This document shows positions 12,599 through 23,339 of a DNA stretch of 63,480 nt, piece after piece (within the stretch, counting starts at the first letter, position 1; the number at the start of each line of letters is the position of its first letter). The position numbers were made by a program, and so were the translations under genes. The stretch is from Octopus bimaculoides (lineage: Eukaryota), in assembly GCF_001194135.2 (NCBI RefSeq), contig NC_068984.1, positions 59,490,497-59,553,976 on the forward strand. The letters run 5' to 3'. The notes under the pieces are model-generated. The model saw only the letters and a list, made by a program, of their open reading frames with translations. It ran no database searches and had not been told where the DNA came from.

Positions 12599-12686
12599 TG
12601 GACCTACAGACGTTTCAACTGCATTGACTGCACATTGCTAGATGTGCTTCCTGGTGTTATTGTCAGTAACATTTCATCAGCGTCCA
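12599..12686 (-). ncRNA. Mirror copy of the 12945 hammerhead (stem-I first pair mutated)
   Basis: The reverse complement reads UGGACG-CUGAUGA...GAAACGUCUGUAGGUCCA, which places a G-G mismatch at the base of stem I. Confidence 0.55.
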
Positions 12687-12944
12687 TTATTTTTCAGCTG
12701 TTTGAAGTTAAGCTGAAGAAATCAGGAAGTGGAATGAATAAGTTGTTTTTTTAAGAGGTGTTGGTGTTACTATAAATAGTTGTAGTTTCATTGATTCATT
12801 GTACCTCACTTCATGTACCAAACTTAGCTGTGGTGAACCATGGGTTAATGAAACTATAACTATTTACAGTAACCTCTTAAAAAAACAACTTATTCATTCA
12901 ACTTCCTGATTTCTTCAGCTTAACTTCAAACAGCTGAAAAATAA

Positions 12945-13032
12945 TGGACCCTGATGAAATGTCACTGACAATAACACCAGGAAGCACATCTAGCAATGTG
13001 CAGTCAATGCAGTTGAAACGTCTGTAGGTCCA
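12945..13032 (+). ncRNA. Type I hammerhead ribozyme motif (Penelope-like pLTR type), canonical core
   Basis: UGGACC-CUGAUGA-[long imperfect, branched stem II containing GCACAU/AUGUGC]-GAAAC-GUCU-GUA^GGUCCA. Stem I is 6 bp (UGGACC/GGUCCA) and stem III is AC/GU. Predicted cleavage after A13026. Confidence 0.75.
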
Positions 13033-14265
13033 CAAAGAATGCTGTAAATAACTGTTTAATAAAATCATAGATGTAGAAAATCTGTCCCCTGATCATTATT
13101 AGTACTATTACTTACGCAGCGAGAAAAATTACCAGAGTTAACAACTTATTGCTAACTCTGGTATCACCAATATTTGCTTGGTTAGCTGACATAAAACCAG
13201 GATTACATATCCCTTCGAAATCGTTTTTGGAAATAAATAAATATATGTATGCATGTATGTATGTATTATGTATGTATGTATGTATGTATGCATGCATGCA
13301 TATATGCATGTCGCTTAGTGGCTGACAGTATGTGTGTCACTGATCATGAGCAAGAGTTATGGGGGAGCATTATGGCCATGTGTTGAGAGGGATTATTTGG
13401 GATTTGAATAAATGTAAGAAAAGAAAGTTTGAAAGAAATATTAGCCATTTTTCATACTTTCTGGGGGTGAACAAATAGGAAATAACAGTTGCTACCCAAG
13501 GACAAAAATCGTGTTACACAGTGTTATATACAGTAAATTTCTATTGCAAAACAACTCCATTACCTTACAGTTCTCTGTTGTTTGAATTAAACTCTGTATT
13601 GAAATATCAGATGGGAGAAGTGTAAATAACTACATTATCAAATTATTAAAATCTTTGAAAATTCTTTCAATACTTGGATTTCTTTTCCTTCTGTTTTTGT
13701 CCCTTTCTCTTCCCAGATGTTTCTTAATCAATAATGTTTCTATTAATACTAATTGAATGTTATCTGTGATTTTCCTTAACGTACAAAATCAATACAAGTG
13801 GAACCAGTTGCAATCAGTTTTCGAAATAGCAACCTGAGGCTACTGAAATCTGAATCCTTAGGAATCTGAGACAAGAAAAACTTGATGCTTAAAACTTTGT
13901 AACTTCGATATGTTATTACTGAACTTTCAACATTATTCTTTAGATGATAACAGATATTTTAGAAGCAAAAGAAAATGTTTCTTACTAAACTGAGAATAAA
14001 TTTTCCCCACTCTCATTCTTCACGATTTTACCCCCACCACACACACTCTTTCCCTCCCCTCCCTCTCTCTTTTTGTCACTACTCTCAATCTACTTATTTG
14101 ATACCATCACTTTCCAATAAAAGAACCTACCCAAAGTGCTAGACATGTTCTCACAACAACCCAATTCATTTCACTTTTAAACTATATCTTACTATTTACC
14201 TTCAGAATAAGTATGTTTATTCAGTGAGTTACACAAAAATCCATTTGTGTGTGTGTGTGTCTGCC

Positions 14266-14296
<31 letters not shown>

Positions 14297-15103
14297 GTGC
14301 ATGCCTGCGTGTGTGTTAAACAATTAATTTCAGAGAGGGCTTAGTTGGGTATTTGTATCATTATATCTTCATTGTTCAATTCTTGGGACTCAGTTATGCA
14401 ATGGTTATTGCACTCTTCAGTCTATTTTTTCCCATGTAACCATTATTTCCATGAATCAATCAATGAAAATGGTGCAGAATAAAAGGTAAACTCCCATTAG
14501 TGAATTGGCAAAATTATTAGAGCATTGGACACAATGCTTTGCAGTATTAAACTGTAGTCCTTTATATTCTGAGTTCCAATCCCACCACCAGCACTACCAC
14601 TAGGTTTTTTAGTCTTCTGTAGTTGAGAAAATTAAACATCTGTGAAGTACAAGTGTCAATATAATTGACCAGACTTCTCCCCACCAAACTTATGTGGCCT
14701 TGTACCAATATTAGAAATTAATATTCCTATAAGGTGACTTAGATATTAATGGAATAATTATAAAATACCATGATCTAGTTTCAATTCTTGGTCGTAACTA
14801 TTTCACAACACTTATATCACAAATATGATTGACAAAAGCATAAAGGTTAAAAAAAATGTAAAAAAGAACCCTATTGTTTTGCTCTGCACCAAAGTCACTC
14901 AAATCCATCAATGGATATCATTGATTATGAAATATCAAGTAATTGAATTCATTATGTGTGACACAATTCAAACATTGATTGATGAATTGATTAAGTTTTA
15001 TTTCAGCTAATTGTGTAAGAAATTAGTGTTGCAGTTTCTTTGAAACCTAATCTAATTCAAAGAGAATTTCATATGTTTAATGTTGATTTTTTTTCTTTTG
15101 CAG

Positions 15104-15604
15104 GAAGACAGTCTCCGTTACCTGTTGAATCCACAAAGGCGAAGAAGGCGTTGTCCTCCAATATGGTGGAAGATATTTTTGTGGCTTGGTGCCAATCTTC
15201 TCTTTTTTGGAATTGTTGGGATTCTGGTTGGTTATTTAGTGCCACAGAGAAAAGTCATCATTGATATTAACAGTAATACAAAAATTGCAATGGTTGACAG
15301 AGATGCTGAACGCTACAACAAAATGCTTGATGTTTGTAAAGTTATTGGTCTTATTATTTTCTGTGCTGGTGGAGCCATTTTCTCATTGTCTTTGCTTTTT
15401 CCAAGTTTTTTCACAAGTTACTGTGAGGATGATATTCATGATGCTACAGAAGAGTCTTTCCAAATCAGTGTTGGAGATATGGAGAAAAGATCCAATTCTT
15501 CTGTAGAAATGACCATTCCAGTCACAGCTGAAACAAAGAGTGTCCAGCCAAATATTGGCCAGTCTGTTGTAGTCACTGATGATCTCATAAAAATGAAAGA
15601 CTGA
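15104..15604 (+). CDS. NRSN1: Neurensin-family coding exon 2, 166 aa plus stop (joined protein 247 aa)
   Basis: T-rich tract and tttgcAG acceptor at 15102-15103, phase 0, compatible with exon 1. TGA at 15602-15604. Hydrophobic helices IWWKIFLWLGANLLFFGIVGILVGYLVP and VCKVIGLIIFCAGGAIFSLSLLFP with linker MVDRDAERYNKMLD parallel the recalled NRSN1 segments (VFWKVGLISG..VGFLVPP..VVDTHAVQFNSALD..GAVLFCIGG). Confidence 0.92.
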   Translation, partial: EDSLRYLLNPQRRRRRCPPIWWKIFLWLGANLLFFGIVGILVGYLVPQRKVIIDINSNTKIAMVDRDAERYNKMLDVCKVIGLIIFCAGGAIFSLSLLFPSFFTSYCEDDIHDATEESFQISVGDMEKRSNSSVEMTIPVTAETKSVQPNIGQSVVVTDDLIKMKD

Positions 15605-15658
15605 AACACTCTACTCCTGTTGGTAGTTCCTTGTCTGAACATAGTGATCTCTTATAGC

Positions 15659-15876
15659 AATAAACTGTATTGTGTCTCAGTCTGGAAATGTTAGACACTT
15701 CAGTTGGCTATGACATTTTCTTATTGTAACAAACTGTCTGTAATGTCATGTGTATGAGTGTTTTTCATGTATTTATCAGGAAATGGTATTTATTGGTATG
15801 AAAGAAAATGGCATTCAAGCATAGAGTGTCGTTAGAGTAATGACACACTATGCTTAAATAATAATACTTTAATAAA
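15659..15876 (+). promoter_or_regulatory. Candidate polyadenylation signals of the neurensin 3'UTR (AATAAA at 15659-15664 and 15871-15876)
   Basis: Canonical hexamers about 55 and 265 nt after the stop. AT-rich background makes chance occurrence possible. Confidence 0.4.
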
Positions 15877-16469
15877 ACTTTTGCTTCCATTCTGGTGTCC
15901 ATTTACATTAATTTCTTAGGAACATTCATTACAAAGAGGAAAAAAAAAACAACAGATGTTTATTAAATATTTTCTTTCATGATGGCATGAGAAATTGTGT
16001 TATTTATTGATAAGCAATAGAGTTAGTGGCTATTATTTATAATTTAGTATGACTTTAATACATTAAGTGAATACTTGTGCTTGTTGTAAAAAGACTTCTT
16101 CCAAGATGACAACCACATGTTTTTGTGGTTGCCATTTTCGAAGTTATCAGAAATAAATTAATGGTCTATGGTGTGAATTCTACAATCTATTGAAATCTTT
16201 CCTACTGCTGTTGAGTAGCCCCAATCACCTCTGCTCAAGTATGAAGATGTGGAAGTAACTTACAGTATCTTTAGCTGTGTCCATCCTGTCTTTATAGGTG
16301 GTATTTTGTCCCAAAAGTATATGACTTAAAAACCAACAAAAACATGATTTAGTATTTTACAAATAACGGTGACTATTGAGGTAGATTTGGATGCTACATC
16401 AAACAAGCCAAATTACTAAATAGAAATTCAGTTATACTATAAACACATTACATTAATATTTTATAGATA

Positions 16470-16686
16470 TGATGGGGTGCTGTAAAGTTCCTGGCTTTAA
16501 ATGTATTGTGAAAGGCCTGGTTGGAGGCTCAACCTTTCAAGTTCTTTTACAGGGCTTACAAAAACTGAAGGACAGCTGCAATAAGTGTGAGGATCTGAGA
16601 GGGGAATATCTACAATAAAATCATAATTAACTGATCCTCCTGTATTTTCTCTTACCCAAAGCCAGGAACTTTTCAGCAACCTATCG
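16470..16686. mobile_element. 217-bp mariner-type MITE in opposite orientation to the 3667 copy
   Basis: TIRs tgatggggtgctgtaaagttcctggcttt / aaagccaggaacttttcagcaacctatcg, TA flanks. Confidence 0.8.
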
Positions 16687-16811
16687 TATGTTAAATTTCC
16701 TTCATTATTTATAAGTATAATATACCACTGTTTAAACATATAGTCTCTATTTGATAAATTTGCCTTATTCAAACATTCATAAATCATGGTTTCAATATTG
16801 ATAATACATGA

Positions 16812-16971
16812 GAGACAAGCATGGTTGTGTGACAAAAAGTTTTCTTCCCAACCACTTTGTTTCAGGTTCAGTCCCTCTGTGTAACACCTTGGGAAAATGT
16901 CTTCCACTATAGCCCCAGGCTGACCAAAGTCTTGTGAGTGGATCTGGTAGATGGAAACTGAAAAAAGCTTG

Positions 16972-17016
<45 letters not shown>

Positions 17017-17312
17017 CCCATGCACATACATGTGTGTGTGTGTGTGCATGTGTTTACTGTGCCCTTGCTTTAATATTGCATGATAGTTGTAAACACGTGT
17101 CACTGGCATGCAAGCAGTGTATTTCATGTCCAATCTTCTGAAAAATCATGTGAAGTCAGGAGTGGTGGGGAGAGAAATTACTTCACAGGTGAGGGTTGAT
17201 GATGGGAAGGGCATCTGACCATAGAAAATCCACATTAAAAAATTCCATCTGACCCATGTGGGCATGGAATTGTGGATGTTAAAATGGTAATGGTGATGAT
17301 GATGATGATGAC
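16812..17312 (+). mobile_element. Composite SINE: family A head, microsatellite, then alternative 3' half (also 27210-27662+; the 3' half alone at about 2150-2390-)
   Basis: A-type head followed by ttgcatgatagttgtaaa..ggaagggcat..catgcaagcatggaa and a (GAT)n-like tail. Confidence 0.7.
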
Positions 17313-18493
17313 TTAGTTATGTAGTGAAATAATTGAAATAGAAACGTTAACAGCACATTCAATGATCAATTTAATACTTAAACAAGGCTAATACCAATGC
17401 TGTCTTTCAGCTCTGTGGTTGAAATCAATAACTTTTAATCCTACTTTGTTGCAAAACAAGCAGGAATTAAATTAAATTAATTAGAAATAGAATAAAATAA
17501 GACAGTAACTCTAATCTTTTGTAGTATGGCAACAAATGCAGACATGTTTTGGTCATACTAGACTTCATCAGCATACAAGACTTCATAAGCAAAGCATAGT
17601 CTAACCAGTACTGCAAGAACTAAGAGCTGTATACTTTTTTAGGAAATATATTTAAAAAAAACCCATTACATGGTATAACTGAAGTGAGAGGAATAGCCAG
17701 AAACACTTGCTTCAAGAAAGTCAAATAAATAAAATACTGTTAAGTTTGTGTTAACATATCTAATATAGTAAACATTATACAGAAATATTTGTATTGAGAG
17801 GGAAAGATAATATTAAGTGAATGATATTGTTTTAATCAATTTAACAAGTATGGAAGACAACTTCTGATGTGTTTCAGCTTTATCAGATCTCTTCAGCAAT
17901 GTATAAATTTCACTGTATGAACCAAAGTAATGGTAATGGTGGGAGAATCACTAAAAGAAGTACGTGTGTAAGCATGGAAAATAAGCATTTTCAGTTATCA
18001 TATTTGATGGCAGAGTAATCAGAAATATGATGAAATATATATATATATATATATATATANNNNNNNNNNNNNNNNNNNNNNNNNNNNNNNNNNNNNNNNN
18101 NNNNNNNNNNNNNNNNNNNNNNNNNNNNNNNNNNNNNNNNNNNNNNNNNNNNNNNNNNNNNNNNNNNNNNNNNNNNNNNNNNNNNNNNNNNNNNNNNNNN
18201 NNNNNNNNNNNNNNNNNNNNNNNNNNNNNNNNNNNNNNNNNNNNNNNNNATATATATATTTATATATATATATATATATAGGTTATAAGAGATAATGATG
18301 TCAATAAGACCCAAAGGTGTCAGGTAATGCTGAGCAAGTGCTATGGACAGACTATATTTAAACTCCAGGTTCGGTGATTATGCGAATAAGGAGTCCAACA
18401 TAGGTCATATATCAGCATGTGTATATATAAAAAAATTTTCAGAATGAGATAAAAATCCAAGGCTGTGAAAGATTTTAGAATATTTATAAATAG

Positions 18494-18541
18494 GTCTTAC
18501 AGCTGTTTCTGGGATATTTTATATATCCCTTCATCGGAGAC
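18494..18541 (-). ncRNA. Mirror copy of the 19012 hammerhead motif
   Basis: The reverse complement reads GUCU-CCGAUGA-A-GGGAUAU[AUAAA]AUAUCCC-A-GAAAC-AGCU-GUA-AGAC. Confidence 0.6.
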
Positions 18542-19011
18542 GGTGTGAGAAAATGGTTAAACAATAGTTAATTTAGATAAGATATGAAATAGAGAGTGAA
18601 GAGGAGGAATGAAAATAGATGTGAGATATGCCGGGATATTGCATCTGTAGATCCATAATTTAGGCAAAATGGTATACATATAAGATTCCAATACCTTGTA
18701 AGTTCCAATAGTATTTAAAATTGGTCGTTCCAAGTATAGAGTTTGTAAACAGTGTTATTGAATCGAGGGTTTTATTTAAAGTAAATAAAACCCTTGATTC
18801 AATAACACTGTTTACAAACTTGGAATGACTAATTTTAAATACTATTGGAACTTACAAGGTATTGGAATCTTATATGTATACCATTTTGCCTAAATAATGG
18901 AACTGAAGATACAATATCCCTGCATATCTCACATCTATTTTCATTCCTCCAATTCACTTTCTATTTCATATCTTGTCTAAATTAACTGATGTCTAACCAT
19001 TTTCTCACAGC

Positions 19012-19061
19012 GTCTCCGATGAAGGGATATATATAAAATATCCCGGAAACAGCTGTAAGAC
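19012..19061 (+). ncRNA. Type I minimal hammerhead ribozyme motif with variant core CCGAUGA
   Basis: GUCU-CCGAUGA-A-GGGAUAU[AUAUAAA]AUAUCCC-G-GAAAC-AGCU-GUA^AGAC. Stem I 4 bp, stem II 7 bp, self-complementary stem III ACAGCUGU. Predicted cleavage after A19057. Confidence 0.65.
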
Positions 19062-19108
19062 CTTCTATTTATAAATATTCTAAAATCTTTCACATAAATC
19101 TGAAAATT

Positions 19109-19166
<58 letters not shown>

Positions 19167-19184
19167 TAGATAGATAGATATTCA

Positions 19185-20420
19185 TCATCATCATCATCAT
19201 CATCACCACCATAATTTAACATCTATTTTCCATGTTGGCATGGATTGGATGGTTTAACAGGAGCTGGCCAGCAGAAGAGCTGCCCAGGCACCATGTCTGT
19301 TTTGGCATGGTTTCTTTAGCTGGATGCTGTTCTTAATGCCAACCACTTTACAGAGTGTACTGGGTGCTTTTGTGCAGTGCCAGCAAAGGTACATTTACGT
19401 GGCACCAGCACCTATGAGCCCACAAGATTAGGAATACTCAGCTAGTGAGGGATGCAGGAGACAAACTTGTATGCAAGGACAACCATGCTTTTAGTTAGCC
19501 TGATGCATCTGATGTGTCTCTTTAAGCACAGCAAACCACTAGGAGTATCAGCCCCCTGTCATCCCCTCTGTGAGTCCCAACATGTGTAGATCTTTTTTCA
19601 CCACTTTGTCCCATGTCTTCTGGGTCTATCCCTTCCACATGTTTCCTCTACAATTAGATATTGGCACCTCTTTATGCAACTGTCTTCATTCATATACATC
19701 ACATGATCATACCAGCACAGTCTTCTCTCTTGCACACTACATCTGATGCCTTGTATACCTATTTTTTCTCTCAAATCACTTACACTCTGTCATATATGCA
19801 CACTGACATTACCCATCTAGCAGAGCATACTGGCTTCATTTGTTTCAAGCCTTTGCATATCCTCAGTAGTCACAGCCCATGTCTCAATGCCATGTAGCAT
19901 AGCTGTTCATACACAGGCATCATACAGTCTGCATTTCACTCTGAGAGAGAGACCCTTCATTACTAACAGGGGTAGTAGCTCTCTGAACTTCACCCAGCAT
20001 ATTCTTATTCTAGCAGCTATGCTTTCGGAACAACTTCCCTCACTACTGACTTGGCCACCTAAGTAACGGAAGCTGTCAACTACATCTAGGGATCTTCCAC
20101 TGACATTTGAAGGAGTCTATTTTTTGCACATTCCTGGTGTTTAATGTACCTGCACACCTGCTACATGTAAAGACAACTTTCTCTGTTAGTCTTCCAGTGA
20201 TACCACTGCACCTCTTATGTGTCCATAGCTTGCACTGGGTACACCTTATGAAGTTTCTCCCAACACCTTTTCTACACATCTAGCAGAGCCTTCTCTCTGA
20301 AGGGATCTGTGATTTGTTTGTTTTCCTACTTATCAATACTTTGGTCTTTGCTAAATTAACTCTAAGACCCTTTAATTCTAGTCCTTAACTTTAAAATAAG
20401 CAAATTCTGTGACAGTATAT
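19185..20420 (-). mobile_element. RTE-clade LINE 3' fragment including the (GAT)n 3' tail
   Basis: CRKGVGRNFIRCTQCKLWTHKRCSG..CSRC, then VDSFRYLG-like and ESIAARIRICWVKFRELLPLL. The tail is shared with the SINE family at 12062 and 62030. Confidence 0.85.
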
Positions 20421-21289
20421 ATTAACTGGAGAGTGTAATTTGAAAGATTTGATTACTACATCTAGCTAGTTGATTGAGGTGAGCATTGTATATAGCAAGC
20501 ATAGGCAACTGTTTATGAGAAGCAGGCCACACTGGACATGGCTCATCTTCAAGTAGGTCACACTACTAAAATGATTTAAGGTAATTTTTGTTGACATGCC
20601 ATTCAGAAAGTCCTGTGGGTCACTGTTTATCTATGGCTGGTATATAGACTTCTTCTATATACATGGTATAGTTGACAGCTTTGTTGGAGTAGATGAAGTG
20701 ATCTAGACATGGAAAATGGGTCCAGGACTGATTAGGTGGGTTGGGGGTGATATTTGGGCTAAAGGTGTTGAAGCAAGCAATGGATTCAGATTGGGTTTGG
20801 TAAGGAGTGAAAAACTAGACCAAGTCATCCAGATTGCAAGTTACAACTGAAGGAAGGGAGAAGTTTTACAGGAAAGATGTAGGATGTATCAAGATTAGGT
20901 TGGAGGAGATAAAAGTTCTACACTTCTTTGTTAGAAACCAGTTATTACTCTCTACTTTCTTTTTGCCTTTCATTTCTGTGTATTCACTTCCATAAACATG
21001 CACTCATTTTCCCCTCTATATGATTATGATTTCCCCCTCTTCTCCTTTTATCTGTCTTGACAAAGGACCAACTCTTCGAAATATTGAATATCTCTCCTTT
21101 TCTTTCATAGCATCATGCATCAATTTTGTATTCCCATTCATTGTTTTTGTTGCCTCCCCCACCCCCACACGTTTTTTTGCTTTTAATATACCTTGCACTA
21201 GCACAAAAAAAGATCTCTTGTACATAGATATTGAATTTCTTATAGTACACCAACTTTCTGCATCTTTCTACATTAACTATACTTAAATT

Positions 21290-22600
21290 CATTCTCTTGG
21301 ATTTGCATCATAACCTTAAATGATTCCAAACCTCCTTTTTTCCTGCTTTCTGCTACACAGCCTTGCATATCTCCAACATTATCTTTGCCAACACATGTCA
21401 ATCTATTCATCATAATGGTATACCTCATGGTTTACATCTTCATTTTAATCGGGGCTTCTATTTTGCTCCTTCCATTGAGCCACATTCTTGAGAACTCTTC
21501 CCACATATATACCATCATTTAAGCCATTTGCTTCTGTCTCCTTGAATTGGACCATCTACCAGTCATTCTCTCTTCTACCTGAACCCCATATATTACCCAT
21601 TCCACGGCCTTTTATCTCCAGCACATTAATTGACTTTTGTTTGACTTCCTCTCACACACAAAAGATCACAAGTTCTATTAATTTACTGATCTAGTCCTAT
21701 TGTCTCTGTATCTACTGTACTTTTTCACTAAACAGTAATTCTACTCTCCGACCTAACACTCTCTGAAGCTAAGCATTCAATCCTTGGTAGGGAGTCACTA
21801 TATTTCAAGCTACATGCCTTCATATAGTCTGAACCCAGTAACATCGAACCCTTTACTGATTTTGGCCAATGTCCATCTGACTGGATGCCTGATCATGAAC
21901 AGCTTAAGACTTAAGCTGCTCACCAGCTCCATTAGTTACACAGTGAACCACTTCAATTTCCAGAAGCATTTAAGACCACTAAGAATCTGGTCAGAATTTG
22001 TTGACTTTGTCACCTTTGACACCAACATGACAGTATTGTCAAACTAACTGGCAAGGATGGCATCAGAGAGGTATTATATTAACTCTATAAATAAATAAAT
22101 AAATTAGTAATTGTTTTAGCTTCTATTCTAGTTTCAGTTGCCCAGTTACCATAATCCCTCAACCAAAAACACATGTCCACCACCATATATCAACCCATCT
22201 CCCCTTCTTTTGTCCTTCCTCCTACACCAGCAAACTTCATCGTCCACACACCATGTATCTTCACTATCTATCTACTCCTTCTACCAGATCCATAACATTA
22301 ATGCCCCTGGTTGTCCCACTGTTTCTATTTGCAAGTGTCACTCTGAACTCTTATCTAAATGCCTTCACTAGCCTTTCTTATACTAGGTAGCAGCTACCTC
22401 CACTTCTTCAACTCCTTCTCCTTCCCTAGGCCCTCCAAGCTTCTTTTCACAATTGATATTAAATCTTTCTACACTGTCATCCCACACAACAATAGACACC
22501 TAACTTTTAAATTCTTACTAGACCATGCTTGTTCATTGATTCACTGAACTTGTTCTCACCTTCAACTGCTTCTCCATTTCTACTATCTTTTACCTGCAGT
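21290..22600 (+). pseudogene. Decayed Penelope-like element (PLE) reverse transcriptase fragment
   Basis: FYQIHNINAPGCPTVSICKCHSELLSK, LFTIDIKSFYTVIPHNN and TELVLTFNCFS match PLE RT motifs (PKIHK..PGRPIVS..C.TE; D.KSLYT.IPH; ELVLTLN.FSF). Frameshifts are present. The 5' boundary is uncertain; best support is 22250-22600. Confidence 0.75.
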
Positions 22601-23339
22601 TAACTGAATAGCCCTTACACATACTGGTAAACATCCATATATACATGTCACATCCTTTCCATCCATACATCAAACTAACTACCACACATCTTGATGCCTT
22701 GTTTTCACACAAAAAAGTTTTAGCATCCTGCTCAAAGAGGAAGTATCTACATGGCTGCTAGACCAGCAACCAAAATGTCCTCAAATCACATCCTGCTATC
22801 TTAAAAAAATAGGTCATGTTGGATAATGTGGTCCTGGGTTCTATAAAGAAAATACAAGATGTCCATTGTTGAAATGACTTTAAGTATAGACATACTCAAT
22901 GAAGTTTGCCCTTTGAGACGATAACAATATATTATTGTTGAGCCAACAAGAGAGACCCTATTTGATCGGTTGACTGTCAAACCCCCTCATCCTTTCTTCC
23001 CCACATTATTCTTCCCATGCATGTCTGGCATTAACCATTCATTTTGTAAACTACCTCTTTCATAATCATTTATTATCCTCCTTTGTATAATTTTTTCCTC
23101 TCTTTTCTCCTATTTATATTGACAAAATACCAACTGTTTGAAATATCAATATTCTTTCCTTCACAGCATAATACATTGAGTTTGTATTTCTGTTTATGAA
23201 TTGTTTTTGTATTGCTTTTGCTCGGTCATGACTGAGTAAATTTATTATCAATAACCTTTCAGCTATGATTATCCTGTATTTTTCTTTTTTGAGATTGTGT
23301 TCTTTCCCTTTCAAGATGGTAGGACGCAATTCGAAGTAG

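Larger units (their letters stand above)
12528..13100. repeat. Inverted repeat with ~260-bp arms and ~50-nt spacer, each arm carrying a hammerhead
   Basis: 12528-12794 is the reverse complement of 12845-13100 with few substitutions and a ~7-nt insertion in the left arm. Confidence 0.92.
18464..19094. repeat. Near spacer-less palindrome with ~315-bp arms and a 3-nt loop (18779-18781), Penelope-like pLTR-derived
   Basis: Centre is ggttttattta-AAG-taaataaaacc, and the arms align with scattered substitutions and small indels. The right arm reads YKVLESYMYTILPK*WN, weakly like a GIY-YIG C-terminus, just upstream of the hammerhead. Confidence 0.92.
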
